DNA of 64,000 nucleotides from Microcoleus sp. (GTDB lineage: Bacteria; Cyanobacteriota; Cyanobacteriia; Cyanobacteriales; Microcoleaceae): NCBI GenBank assembly GCA_042408215.1, contig JAYFMW010000030.1, positions 480,001-544,000 on the forward strand, in the 5' to 3' direction. This document shows positions 41,541-51,951 of the stretch, one piece after another. Both the position numbers and the translations under genes were made by a program. The stretch's first letter is position 1. Every line of letters starts with the position of its first letter. Below the pieces are notes generated by a model. The model was not told the DNA's origin. It worked only from the letters and a program-made list of their open reading frames with translations, and made no database searches.

Positions 41541-42971
41541 CTAATTTCCTAATAGTTTGAGCAGCTCTATGAATCTGATAGGAACAAGAATTGCACCAAT
41601 GATGTTATTAGCTGGTGTGAGAGCAGTGTTAATGTTGTCTGTCCACACAGCTTTCCCCGAACGCGCCACTACAATTATGTCATTATCTTGAATCAGTGGG
41701 TTAATTTGAGCATTGATCCCTTGATTCAAATTAATTGGTACTTGAGAACGGGATATAGTGCCATTCGGATTCAGCCGGATCAGTTCCACTAAGCTAGAGT
41801 TAGCCCGATTTGATTTGAAACCACCAGCACTCATAATCGCTTGATTTAAGGTAGTATTGGGAGGTAGTTTGATCGCCCCCGGAGCATTAACTTCTCCTAC
41901 AACACTCACTTGCACAGTCGGCGGAGCAAAGCTAGCAGTAGCTAGAACAGAAACTTCTGCTGGGTCGATCGCCGTCGCTGTCGGGACAAAGATGATATCC
42001 CCTTCTTGCAGTATAGTATCTTGAGAAGTATCTTGTTCTTGCAAATATTGCCAAAGGTTGAGAGTGATGATTTGTTGTTTGCCACTTCTAGTATAACGTT
42101 GGAGTTGGATTTGGCGAATATCGGCGATTTGGGTGATGCCACCTGCTAGTTGTAGAGCACGGATGATCGTAGTTTGTCCGCTGGTTCTTTGACCATTTTG
42201 GGTATCACCACCGATCGCTACATACCTACCGGGGCGCTTCACCTCTCCGAATACTGAGACAGTACGGGGTTGATCTGGTGCTAGAGAAAAGGTAGATTCA
42301 CTAAGTTGATTTATTTCTGCTAAGTTAATTTTTTCTTGAGGGGGAACCAATATTTGATCGCCATCTCGCAACGTTATGTCTTGGGCTGTTTGACCAGTTT
42401 GTAAATAATCCCACAGGTTATAAGTGATAGTCACCTCTTGGTTAGCATTGAGGCGACGTCGGATAATTACTCGGCGGATATCAGCGCTAGCTCGAATACC
42501 CCCAGCTTTTTCTAAGGCTTGAGGAAGGGTAGGAAACTGAACTGATGGTTTAGTTCCGCCTCCATTAGCGAGGGGTAATAAGTAGGAGCCGGGGCGACTT
42601 ATTTCACCAGATAACCAAATATTGAGGGGGCGGGCAGCTTGTAAGCTGATGGTAACTAATGGTCTTTTGATGATGCGGCCATAAGCTTTGGTGATCGCTT
42701 GGGCGGCCTGTTCTAAAGTTAATCCTTGGAGGGAAACGCTACCAATAATGGGGATTTGAATAGATCCACCAGCGGGAATTTGATAATCGCCGCTAAACTG
42801 GGGCAGATCGTAGATATCAATTCGAATGTTGTCTCCACCACCTAGATAGTACGCAGTATTAATGCTGATTGTGGGGGAACGGGACTGAGCGAGGTTGGTT
42901 TGAGGGTAGGAGAGAGCGAGTACGAGCACCAGCAGTGGCTGGCGTAAAGCAGGAAGGGTTAGCCATTTCAT
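41541..42971 (-). CDS. wza: Polysaccharide export protein with SLBB repeats (Wza family)
   Basis: 'YYLGGGDNIRI', 'G.I..P.IG.V...GLTL', repeated 'GEV..PG', 'AGG'; start could be 43007. Confidence 0.88.
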   Translation of the reverse strand: MKWLTLPALRQPLLVLVLALSYPQTNLAQSRSPTISINTAYYLGGGDNIRIDIYDLPQFSGDYQIPAGGSIQIPIIGSVSLQGLTLEQAAQAITKAYGRIIKRPLVTISLQAARPLNIWLSGEISRPGSYLLPLANGGGTKPSVQFPTLPQALEKAGGIRASADIRRVIIRRRLNANQEVTITYNLWDYLQTGQTAQDITLRDGDQILVPPQEKINLAEINQLSESTFSLAPDQPRTVSVFGEVKRPGRYVAIGGDTQNGQRTSGQTTIIRALQLAGGITQIADIRQIQLQRYTRSGKQQIITLNLWQYLQEQDTSQDTILQEGDIIFVPTATAIDPAEVSVLATASFAPPTVQVSVVGEVNAPGAIKLPPNTTLNQAIMSAGGFKSNRANSSLVELIRLNPNGTISRSQVPINLNQGINAQINPLIQDNDIIVVARSGKAVWTDNINTALTPANNIIGAILVPIRFIELLKLLGN

Positions 42972-43005
42972 AGGTAGTAACAAATTTGATGATAGAAGTA
43001 AAGCC

Positions 43006-44361
43006 ATGAAAGATATTTTAAAGGTGCCGATGTTTGCGTTGATGCTTTTGTGTTTTGCCGCGATCGCCTTTGTGACTATTTATATTTTAGTCGCCCGCCA
43101 TCGCAAATTTGCAGCCACCTTAGAAAAAATTTTTGTGGGGATACTTTTTTTTACCATCACTGGTGGTTCGGGGATCACGGCCATGCCCTTTACCAAACTC
43201 CATCCTAACATTTTCTACAACTTAGAAACTACACCCCCAACGATTATTGGTCAAATAGCCATTTATGGTGGCATGATCTTAATGTTATTTCCCCGCTTAA
43301 GTAAAACTACCAAAAACTTTGTTTATGTACTCATTAAATGGATCTCAGGAGACCCTTGTTTATGTTTGTTTTTGTTGCTGATGACTTGCTCTGGGTTGTG
43401 GTCACAAACTCCTGAAATGACTTGCCGGGCTATTTTTGCTATTTGGGGAGTAACACTGGTTTCTATTTATGTAGGAAAACAGTATACTTGGTTGGAAATT
43501 TATGGATTATTGAGATGGCTAACTGTTTTATTAGCTTTGTGGGGAGTGGTAAAAACAAATGCAGGTTCAGACGGTTGTTGGTCGGGAGTTTTAGGTCATA
43601 AAAACCCTTTTTCTTTTCAAATGGCTAATACGGCTTCTTTATGGATTTTATATGCTTTTAAGGAGCGTAAATATCGATATTTATCATTATTTATCACTTT
43701 AATAGCTTTAGTAGGATTGCAAAAAGGTTGTAGTGGAGCTAGTCGGATTTTGACGGTGATATTAATCAGTTTTTGGGTTTATTTAGGAGTTTTAAAAAGA
43801 TTACCTGTAAAATGGGCTTTTGTCTACTTTATCTTATTTTTGGTGGGCAGTATAGGTATGGGTATTTTGGTGTTAAATAATTTAGAGGCTATTGTTGTGG
43901 ATGGTTTGGGAAAAGATATGACTTTAACGGGTCGGACAGACTTTTGGCCTTTAATTATTGATCGAATTAATCAAAATAGTCCCATATTTGGTTATGGAGT
44001 GGTAGGATTTTGGCAGTCTTGGCGGGGCTTGGAAAACCCAGCTTACGGAATTATGGTAGCTAAATCCGGTTTTGTGCCACCCCACTCCCACAATGGTTTT
44101 ATTGATCTTCTTTGCCAACTGGGTTGGGGCGGCTTGTTGTTGTTTGTTGTGTCCTTTTTGAATAATATATTTAGAGGTGTAAAGTACATGACTCAAGAAA
44201 GTTTTCCAGAGTCTGCTTTGCCTTTGTATCTATTAACATTTATGCTCATGACTAATTTGACTGAGGGTGGATTATTTGGGGTTGGTACTTATTGGTGCTG
44301 GTATGTAGTTTTATCGGTAAAATTGAGCTTAGATACGACAGCGAAGAATAATCAACATTGA
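43006..44361 (+). CDS. O-antigen ligase/polymerase (Wzy-like) family membrane protein
   Basis: Many TM segments; 'GVLGHKN', 'LTGRT..W', 'HSHNGF'. Confidence 0.88.
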   Translation: MKDILKVPMFALMLLCFAAIAFVTIYILVARHRKFAATLEKIFVGILFFTITGGSGITAMPFTKLHPNIFYNLETTPPTIIGQIAIYGGMILMLFPRLSKTTKNFVYVLIKWISGDPCLCLFLLLMTCSGLWSQTPEMTCRAIFAIWGVTLVSIYVGKQYTWLEIYGLLRWLTVLLALWGVVKTNAGSDGCWSGVLGHKNPFSFQMANTASLWILYAFKERKYRYLSLFITLIALVGLQKGCSGASRILTVILISFWVYLGVLKRLPVKWAFVYFILFLVGSIGMGILVLNNLEAIVVDGLGKDMTLTGRTDFWPLIIDRINQNSPIFGYGVVGFWQSWRGLENPAYGIMVAKSGFVPPHSHNGFIDLLCQLGWGGLLLFVVSFLNNIFRGVKYMTQESFPESALPLYLLTFMLMTNLTEGGLFGVGTYWCWYVVLSVKLSLDTTAKNNQH

Positions 44362-44412
44362 TGATGTCAGCATTTGGTCAGGCGTATTAGGGAATCTTTA
44401 AACAGCATACGC

Positions 44413-44445
44413 AGAGCCCCGACTTCTTTAAGAAGTCGGGGCTCT
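44413..44445. terminator. 16-bp inverted repeat between convergent genes
   Basis: AGAGCCCCGACTTCTT-T-AAGAAGTCGGGGCTCT; may be a dispersed repeat acting as a terminator. Confidence 0.55.
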
Positions 44446-44480
44446 AACAGCGATCGCGTTTTAAGTTGAATTAAGTGGGC

Positions 44481-46646
44481 TTACATAACATGACTCGAAC
44501 TTGTTTCACTCTCAACCTTTGCTTCCACCGGCCAAGGATTTTCAACTAAGAGAGTTGTTTTTGGCTGATAAACTGCCAAATCAAACCAGAAAGTCGTACC
44601 AACATTAACCTCACTAACTAAATTAATTTTAGTGTGGTGTTTATCAATAATGTTTCTGACAATAGAAAGACCTAAACCCGTTCCTTCTAAAGTATGAACT
44701 CGGTTTTCTACCCGGAAAAAACGCTCGAAAATTGCCTGTTGGTCTTCGGGATCTATGCCAATCCCAGTATCAGAAATTTCGATCCGCACCAGAGGCGAAT
44801 GTTGAGCAGCAGGTGACTGGTTGTATTTCCCGGAACCAGAGTCTTTGTGCTGCGTCGTTTCCGACTCTAGCACGTAAGCTCGAATAGATATCTGACCCCC
44901 GGATTCAGTAAATTTCAAGGCATTTCCGACCAAATTTGCCAACACTTGCAACAACAAATCATAATGACCTAAAACCGATGGCAAGTCCGGGTCAACCTCT
45001 TGATTCAGTTCAATCCCTTTATCCCTAGCATTCAACTGATAAGTCCGCAGGGTTTGTTCCACAGCTTGATGGAGGTCAACAGCGTCCAATTGATAAATTC
45101 GACAGGATTCCAGCCGTGACAAATCTAACACATCGTTAACTAAACGGGTGAGTCGATCGGTTTCTCGATTGGCAATTTCCAGGAATTCCCTGCGCTCGCT
45201 TTCTTGAAGGTCTTCTCCGTATTCGTAGAGAGTTTCAATAAAAGATTTGATATTAAACAAAGGCGTTCTCAATTCGTGAGAAATATTGCTGATAAAATTG
45301 CTTTTAGCTTCATTTAGTTCTACTTCGCGAGTGATGTCCTGCACAGTCATCGCAATGCCTTTAAGACTCTCGCGGTATTGCGATGCATCTGGATGTTTTG
45401 AGGTTTGTTCATAGAAAGTGCATTCCACAACCTCCGGCCGTTCGGAGTCGTTACAGGTATTTTCCTCGTCGCGGATGCAGCTTTTGCACAGCGATTCTGC
45501 TCCGGGCGCTTTATGGAGAATTACAGTAGTTAAAACAATCCGAATTGTGCGGTTTACAGGTTCCCTCATGGAGATCCGAAATTCGCCGCCTTCCCGATCG
45601 CCCGCCGCTATTTCCTGCAATGGTCTGGTCAAATCCTGCTGCACTTCCGGGGGCAAAATGTGCAGGAGATTAACTCCGATCGCATTTTTGCCTTCCCATC
45701 CAAAAATCCGTCTACCCGTCGGATTAACTAAAATCACCTGCAAATTCGCGTCTAATAAAAGCGCCCCATCAGCAATCGTTGAAACCAAAGTTTCTAACTT
45801 AGCTTTTTCCGCTGTTAGTTCTTCAATATTTTGTTCTTCATAACTTTCCAGTTTCTGAGCCATCTCATTGAAACTACCAATCAACTCGCCCAATTCTCCA
45901 CCCAAAGGCAAGTCTACTCGCTGCTTAAAATTTCCAGTGGCAATGTTTTTGACTCCCAAAACTAATTGTTTAATTGGTTGAGTAATTGTCAGCGCATTAA
46001 ATACAGCTCCCAAAATTACCATGACCCAAATTGTGACAAATACGGCTAAAGTGACATCTCTAGTCAAATTTGAAGAGATGACAGCAGCCGGATTGGGATT
46101 AATCCCGATCGCCAAAACTCCCAAATATTTGTCTTCATGAATTAAGGGAACAAATACATCAGTGACTTCTCCGTCAGGAGTCAAGTGCTGCCGCACCAAA
46201 GGCAAAGAAGTTAAATTTCTCGCCTCAATATCGGCGAGAAAATTATCAGGGAGTTTAATCTGACGGCGCAGAGTCAAGGAAGTTTGCACCTCCGATTCCG
46301 AAAAAGGTATCCCCAGGAAAATATCCCCCGCTTCGTCGGCGTAGAGCATATAGCGGACGCTAGAGGTGCTGCTATAAAATTGACGGGAAAAGCGAGCCAC
46401 TTCTGAGCGATCGTTTTTCGCAATCAGCGGAGCCACATTAGCCGATAACAGCAGACCCAGGTCACGACCGTAGCGGGTATCATTAAGTCTGGCGTCTTGT
46501 TGGATAGTATTGACGGCCCAGAAGGTCAGACCGCTCATAATTAACGAGACTACGAGGGTAGCACCGGCCATCAGGCGAGTCTGGAGGGTAAACTCCGACC
46601 ACCAGCGGGCAATGATTTCTCCGATTTTGTTTAGTATGGCCAACAT
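44481..46646 (-). CDS. nblS: Sensor histidine kinase NblS/Hik33 (TM-HAMP-PAS-HisKA-HATPase)
   Basis: 'WWSEFTLQTRLMA.ATL', 'NDTRYGRDLGLLL', 'SHELRTPLFNI', 'RVENRVHTLEGTGLGL'. Confidence 0.95.
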   Translation of the reverse strand: MLAILNKIGEIIARWWSEFTLQTRLMAGATLVVSLIMSGLTFWAVNTIQQDARLNDTRYGRDLGLLLSANVAPLIAKNDRSEVARFSRQFYSSTSSVRYMLYADEAGDIFLGIPFSESEVQTSLTLRRQIKLPDNFLADIEARNLTSLPLVRQHLTPDGEVTDVFVPLIHEDKYLGVLAIGINPNPAAVISSNLTRDVTLAVFVTIWVMVILGAVFNALTITQPIKQLVLGVKNIATGNFKQRVDLPLGGELGELIGSFNEMAQKLESYEEQNIEELTAEKAKLETLVSTIADGALLLDANLQVILVNPTGRRIFGWEGKNAIGVNLLHILPPEVQQDLTRPLQEIAAGDREGGEFRISMREPVNRTIRIVLTTVILHKAPGAESLCKSCIRDEENTCNDSERPEVVECTFYEQTSKHPDASQYRESLKGIAMTVQDITREVELNEAKSNFISNISHELRTPLFNIKSFIETLYEYGEDLQESERREFLEIANRETDRLTRLVNDVLDLSRLESCRIYQLDAVDLHQAVEQTLRTYQLNARDKGIELNQEVDPDLPSVLGHYDLLLQVLANLVGNALKFTESGGQISIRAYVLESETTQHKDSGSGKYNQSPAAQHSPLVRIEISDTGIGIDPEDQQAIFERFFRVENRVHTLEGTGLGLSIVRNIIDKHHTKINLVSEVNVGTTFWFDLAVYQPKTTLLVENPWPVEAKVESETSSSHVM

Positions 46647-46809
46647 TTCACCAGTTAAAATTTAAAAGCAGAATTAATTAAGTTAGCTTTTCCTCAGATT
46701 TTGTACAGTGAATGAGTGCACTGCCGCCACCGCAAAGATGCCAGATTTATTGTGACACTTCTACTTTGAGATTGGTTTGCTTTTGGATGGCGGGCGCGGA
46801 TAGTAATTC

Positions 46810-48093
46810 CTAATTTTTGTCTGCCAAAGCTCGGCGGCCGATGTCGCGGCGACAGTAGACCCCTTCAAATTCAATACAATCTACAGCCTCGTAGGCTTTA
46901 GCAATAGCTTGTTCCAAAGTTTCTCCCGCAGCGGTGACGCCCAAAACCCGGCCGCCGTCCGTCACTAACTGCTGCTGCTTCAACTGGGTGCCGGCATGAA
47001 AGACTTGCGCTCCTTTGGCTTCGGCTTCCTCGATGCCTGTAATAGTTTTGCCTTTTTGGTAATTTCCAGGATAACCGCCAGAGGCCAAAACTACGCAAAC
47101 TCCGGCCCCGGACTTCCAGCGAATGTTGGAAAAATCTCCCAAACGCTGCTTACAGCAGGCTAGCAGTAAATCTTCGAGGGGGGTTTCCAGCAGGGACAAA
47201 ACAGCCTGGGTTTCGGGATCTCCGAAGCGGCAGTTGAATTCTAAGACTTTGGGTTCTCCTTCGGCTGTAATCATTAAACCTGCGTAGAGTACGCCCCGGT
47301 AGTCGATTTTGCGTTTTTGCAAAGCTGCGAGGGTGGGTTCGAGAATTTCTGTTTGAATCCTTTCCATCAGCTCTGGGGTGACAATGGGTGCTGGTGCGTA
47401 GGCTCCCATGCCACCCGTGTTGGCTCCTTTGTCGCCTTCGCCGATGGCTTTGTGGTCTTGGGCTGGCAGCAGGGGTTCTACTGTGATGCCGTCGGTGAGG
47501 GCGAGAATCGAGACTTCTTGACCTGTTATATATTCTTCGACTACGACTCGGATGTTGTCGGTGCCGAATTCGCCACGAAAAATGGTGTTGATGGCGGTGT
47601 GAGCCATTTTGACGGTGGTGGCAACGGTGACTCCTTTGCCTGATGCGAGTCCGTCTGCTTTGATGACTATTGGGGAGCCTTGTTCCACAACGTATGCTTT
47701 GGCTGCTTCTGCGTTTGTAAATACGGCTGCTTTGGGCGTTGGGATGCCTGCTTCGAGCATCAATTCTTTGGCCCAGGATTTGCTCGACTCAATTTGGGCT
47801 CCGGCTTTGGTGGGGCCGAAAATCATCAGTTTTTTCTTTTGGAAGTAGTCAACGATGCCTAGTGATAGGGGCAATTCGGGGCCGACGATGACAAGTCCGA
47901 TGTTGTTGACCATCACAAAGCGTTCCATGCCTTCGAAGTCGTCGATGTTGAGTGGCAAATTTTGGCAGCCTTTGGTGGTAGCTGTGCCGCCGTTGCCTGG
48001 TACGCAGAAGACTTGTTTAATCCGCGTTGATTCTAGCAGTTTTTTTGCGATCGCGTGTTCGCGACCTCCGTTCCCCACAACCAAAACTTTCAC
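46810..48093 (-). CDS. purD: Phosphoribosylamine--glycine ligase
   Basis: 'GNGGREHA', 'KADGLASGKGV', 'NTGGMGAY', 'EFNCRFGDPETQ'. Confidence 0.98.
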   Translation of the reverse strand: MKVLVVGNGGREHAIAKKLLESTRIKQVFCVPGNGGTATTKGCQNLPLNIDDFEGMERFVMVNNIGLVIVGPELPLSLGIVDYFQKKKLMIFGPTKAGAQIESSKSWAKELMLEAGIPTPKAAVFTNAEAAKAYVVEQGSPIVIKADGLASGKGVTVATTVKMAHTAINTIFRGEFGTDNIRVVVEEYITGQEVSILALTDGITVEPLLPAQDHKAIGEGDKGANTGGMGAYAPAPIVTPELMERIQTEILEPTLAALQKRKIDYRGVLYAGLMITAEGEPKVLEFNCRFGDPETQAVLSLLETPLEDLLLACCKQRLGDFSNIRWKSGAGVCVVLASGGYPGNYQKGKTITGIEEAEAKGAQVFHAGTQLKQQQLVTDGGRVLGVTAAGETLEQAIAKAYEAVDCIEFEGVYCRRDIGRRALADKN

Positions 48094-48287
48094 AGTATCC
48101 TCACCTATAATTTTTTTGCCTGAATGGCCACTTTGCAGTGTTTGTACTTATCTATCTGTTTTTTGCACTGCTGTCAATTATGCCATGCTTGGCGCTAGGG
48201 AATGGCTAGATGTGGCACTTGTCTCGACGGGCGGGGCTTTGCTGCTGTTTGGCAATGGCTCAGCTTGTCCCATGATTAGATGTTTTT

Positions 48288-49653
48288 TTGACACTCCCGG
48301 GCGTGAACGCGCGGGGATTCTTGGTTCAACCAGTCAACTTGCCCGTTGATGTCACCACCAGCGAGTAGAGGTCGGTCTGTCCCCAAGCGTTAATTCCGGT
48401 GTGCCCCACCGTATTTAAATTAATTCCAGCACGGGCTTTCAATCCGAGAGCCAAAATATTCAAAGCTGCATTACGATCGCGATCTAAAACTGCACCGCAA
48501 CTGCAAACATGAGTCCTAACTGAAAGCGATTTCTTAACTAGATTCCCACAACTTGAACAATCTTGGGAAGTGTACTGAGGAGCAACAGCAATTACCGTTT
48601 TACCGTACACTTTCCCAAAATATTGCAACCACTGGGCAAATTGTGACCATGCTGCATCGCTAATAGATTTAGCAAGTTTATGGTTTTTAACCATATTTCT
48701 CACTTGAAGATTTTCGGAGGCTACGAAATCGCTAGATTTCACTACGCACAACGCCGTCTTGATGGCAAATTCTTTGCGTTGCCTACTGACTTTTAGGTGT
48801 TTCCTTCCTAACTTATTGATGGCTTTCTTGCGATTACTGGAACCTTTCTTTTTCCGAGAAACTCGTTTCTGCAATCGCTTTAAAGCTCTTTCACTTTTAC
48901 GCAAATGCCGAGGATTCGGAACTGTTTCTCCGCTACTATCGGTAGAGAAATGGTTTAAACCTACATCTATTCCAATAGCAATACCAGTAGGAATAGATGC
49001 CTCTGTCCGTTCCACGTTAATACAGAACTGAGCGTAGTAACCGTCGGCACGACGAATTACTCTGATTCGCTTGATTTCCTTGGGTGCATAGAAATGCAAA
49101 TCTCGACTACCGAGTAATCTGAAGGTTCCAGCAGCAAAACCATCCGTGAAAGTCAGGCATCTTTTGTCGGTGGAAAGTGCCCATCCTGATGTTTTGTATT
49201 CTACCGAACGGGTATGCTTTTTGAATTGTGGATCTCCTTTTTTCCCTGGCTTCTTAGCTTGGCAATTAGCGAAGAAACGTTGGATAGCAAAAATTGTCCG
49301 TTGGGCCATCGCCTGACGCGCCATTGAGTTAAGTTTACCTGCCCATTCAAACTCTGAGGCCATGATGGCGCATTGTTTGTAGAGAGCGGACAATTTAACT
49401 CCGGAATTGTCGAGCCAAGATCTGAGAGCTTTGTTTCGGACAAACTGAGCTGTGCGGATCATTTCGTCTACGATCCGGTATTGCTGTGGCTTGTTTTTTA
49501 ACTTAAACTCTAGTACAATCATGGAATAATTCTATCACGTTTACGAGCAGGTGTTGCTATAAATCGACTATTTCAAGAATCTTTACACTCGAATTAAAGC
49601 CGTCCTATAAGGACGGGGCTTTAGCCCTGCGCTTCGCTCCGCCCAGTTTTTTG
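48288..49653 (-). mobile_element. IS200/IS605-family element with tnpB only (IS1341-like)
   Basis: TTAC target just 5' of the left end (49654-49657); left-end hairpin AAGCCCCGTCC-TTAT-AGGACGGCTT; right end AGAATCCCCGCG...GGGAGTGTCAA. Confidence 0.85.
48326..49522 (-). CDS. tnpB: RNA-guided endonuclease TnpB
   Basis: GIDVG, SENL, DRDRNAA RuvC motifs; CSSC...CSC zinc finger. Confidence 0.95.
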   Translation of the reverse strand: MIVLEFKLKNKPQQYRIVDEMIRTAQFVRNKALRSWLDNSGVKLSALYKQCAIMASEFEWAGKLNSMARQAMAQRTIFAIQRFFANCQAKKPGKKGDPQFKKHTRSVEYKTSGWALSTDKRCLTFTDGFAAGTFRLLGSRDLHFYAPKEIKRIRVIRRADGYYAQFCINVERTEASIPTGIAIGIDVGLNHFSTDSSGETVPNPRHLRKSERALKRLQKRVSRKKKGSSNRKKAINKLGRKHLKVSRQRKEFAIKTALCVVKSSDFVASENLQVRNMVKNHKLAKSISDAAWSQFAQWLQYFGKVYGKTVIAVAPQYTSQDCSSCGNLVKKSLSVRTHVCSCGAVLDRDRNAALNILALGLKARAGINLNTVGHTGINAWGQTDLYSLVVTSTGKLTG

Positions 49654-49896
49654 GTAAGAATCGTATGGATAGGGGCAACCACGGGGCCAAGATCCCCTAC
49701 AAAACGCTATATGTAGATGCTGTGCTTCCAGGACTGAATTAGAGGCTTTCGCAGCTCCAGGATTCTGCGGTTATTCCTTAAATCAATACTTTTATTTAAC
49801 TTGTTGCTGGTTGATTAATTCTGTAATTACTCTCACAGTCCTGGACGCATTTCAACTTACATCTTGCACCCAGATCCATCGCAGACTCTCGCGCGG

Positions 49897-50059
49897 GGTA
49901 GGGGCGGGTTTATTTAACCTGTCTGCATTCTTTAAAGCTCAAGAGTGAACCCGCCCCTTGTATCTTAAAAGAGGTAGATTGCGATTTACTGTTGGGTGGG
50001 GGCGGGTTTATTGCGATTTTTGGTACTTGTTATATATTGTTGGTGAACCCGCCCCTACA
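49897..50059. repeat. Two REPIN-like pairs (GTRGGGGCGGGTT...AACCCGCCCCT)
   Basis: Two inverted pairs with short spacers; same family at about 37701-37787. Confidence 0.75.
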
Positions 50060-50122
50060 GGATATTCATTGCGGTACTTTTTGCTATAAAATAGTCTGGT
50101 TAACCTAATTAAAATTACTCAG

Positions 50123-51295
50123 ATGAAATCAAGTCAAACCGCTGCTAATCCGTCTTCCAAAATTCAGCGGGTGGGTGTTGTCGGCGGCGGTCAACTAGCT
50201 TGGATGATGGGGGCTGCTGCTAGTAGGCTGGGTATTGAATTGGTGGTGCAAACTCCCCATGCTACTGACCCGGCAACTGTGATTGCTGCCGATCCTGTTT
50301 TGGCGGCAGTTGATGATGTTAATGCTACTGCTGAATTGGCCGATCGCTGCGATGTTATTACTTTTGAAAATGAGTTTGTTGATTTGGATGGTTTGCGAAC
50401 ACTAGAAAAGCAAGGTGTTTTATTTCAGCCGAGTTTGTCGTCGCTTTATCCTTTGTTGGATAAGTACGTCCAGCGCTGTTATTTGCGAGATTTGGGTTTG
50501 CCAACTCCGAGGTTTTGGGAATGGGATTGTGGCCAGGATTTGCCGATTGACTTTCCGTTTGTTGTCAAGGTGCGCCGCCACGGTTATGACGGTCAAGGTA
50601 CTTTTATTGTGAAAGATTCGGCGAGTTTTGAGTCAATTTGTGTTAAGCTTAAAGGTCTGGCTTTGTTGGTGGAAGAATTTGTGCCTTTCGATCGCGAGTT
50701 GGCTGCGATCGTGGCTCGATCGGCAAATGGTGAAATTGCAATTTATCCGATCGTCGAAACTCAGCAAGAAAATCAGGTTTGTCGCCTGGTGATTGCGCCG
50801 GCCCAGATTAGTTTAGAGGTGAAAGCTGAAGCTGAGGCGATCGCCCGCACTCTCCTGAATAGCTTACAAGCTGTCGGCGTATTCGGCATTGAACTATTTT
50901 TAACCGCCGACAATCAACTATTGGTAAATGAAATTGCACCCCGCACCCACAATTCGGGACACTTTACCATAGATGCTTGCGAAACTTCACAATTTGAACA
51001 ACATTTGCGCGCAGTTTGTCAACTGCCTTTAGGCAATTGCGATCTAAATTCTGCTGGTGCTGTCATGGTAAATTTACTTGGCTATGAGTCGGCTGAGTCT
51101 GATTATTTAGACAAACGAAAACAACTGGCACAAATCGATGGTGCTTTTGTGCATTGGTATGGTAAGAAAGCATCGCGTCCCGGCCGCAAACTGGGTCACG
51201 TTACTGTTTTGCTGGATGAGGAAGCGGTGGAAAATGGACGATCGCCAGCACAGGCGATCGCTCGAACCGTTGAATCTATCTGGCGTGCAACTTAA
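50123..51295 (+). CDS. purK: 5-(carboxyamino)imidazole ribonucleotide synthase
   Basis: 'GGGQLAWM', 'TFENE', 'GYDGQG', 'NEIAPRTHNSGH', 'GRKLGHV'. Confidence 0.98.
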   Translation: MKSSQTAANPSSKIQRVGVVGGGQLAWMMGAAASRLGIELVVQTPHATDPATVIAADPVLAAVDDVNATAELADRCDVITFENEFVDLDGLRTLEKQGVLFQPSLSSLYPLLDKYVQRCYLRDLGLPTPRFWEWDCGQDLPIDFPFVVKVRRHGYDGQGTFIVKDSASFESICVKLKGLALLVEEFVPFDRELAAIVARSANGEIAIYPIVETQQENQVCRLVIAPAQISLEVKAEAEAIARTLLNSLQAVGVFGIELFLTADNQLLVNEIAPRTHNSGHFTIDACETSQFEQHLRAVCQLPLGNCDLNSAGAVMVNLLGYESAESDYLDKRKQLAQIDGAFVHWYGKKASRPGRKLGHVTVLLDEEAVENGRSPAQAIARTVESIWRAT

Positions 51296-51307
51296 ATTGC
51301 TCGAAGC

Positions 51308-51337
51308 TTGCCAAAATCTAGTTAGTTGCTGTATATT
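51308..51337 (+). promoter_or_regulatory. Sigma70-type promoter of 6S RNA
   Basis: TTGCCA (51308) with 18-bp spacer then TATATT (51332), 7 bp before the RNA start. Confidence 0.65.
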
Positions 51338-51344
51338 GAATAAA

Positions 51345-51532
51345 GGTTCCACTGCGACGTTGGTGACTGCCAATAATGTTTTTTTGATCTATAACTCTTA
51401 ACTCTAGGGAATCAAGATGTTTGGACAGCAGTAAACTGGGCTTGTACCCAGAAACTTTAAGTCCGAGCCAACGGTGCCCACCTGGTAAAATACCAGGTCA
51501 AAAGCTGAGGTAAGACGGCGTTGCGGGGAGCC
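51345..51532 (+). ncRNA. ssaA: 6S RNA (cyanobacterial 6Sa)
   Basis: About 188 nt; 5' GGTTCCACTGCGACGTTG pairs with 3' CGGCGTTGCGGGGAGCC; internal ACCTGGTA-AAA-TACCAGGT hairpin; known position downstream of purK in cyanobacteria. Confidence 0.85.
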
Positions 51533-51551
51533 ATTAAAAAAATTGATTGAG

Positions 51552-51587
51552 ATAGGCGCTGTGAAATATGGCTAGCCTATTTTTTTT
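51552..51587 (+). terminator. Intrinsic terminator after 6S RNA
   Basis: ATAGGC...GCCTAT followed by a T run. Confidence 0.55.
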
Positions 51588-51591
51588 GTTT

Positions 51592-51951
51592 AATAGGGCA
51601 TAGGGAATAGGGCATAGGGAATAGGGCATAGGGAATAGGGCATGGGGCATGGGGCATGGGGCATGGGGCATGGGGAATAGGGCATGGGGCATGGGGAATA
51701 GGGCATGGGGAATAGGGCATTGGGAATAGGGCATTGGGAATAGGGCATTGGGAATGCATAAACTCAACTAACAAATAACAAATAACAAATAACAAATAAC
51801 AAATAACAAATAACAAAGATGGGAATAATGGGAATTGGGAATTGGGAATTGGGAATTGGGAATTGGGAATTGGGAATTGGGAATTGGGAATTGGGAATTG
51901 GTGATTTCATAATTGCTTGTTGCTTGTTGCTTCTTGCTTGTTGCTTCTTGC
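51592..51951. repeat. Compound STRR arrays (ATAGGGC/ATGGGGC, TAACAAA, AATTGGG, TTGCTTG)
   Basis: Four heptamer types in series. Confidence 0.95.

Noticed and set aside
47855..48349. 164-aa ORF overlapping the purD start
   Set aside because: Antisense to purD, runs into the IS end, and has no protein-like motifs.
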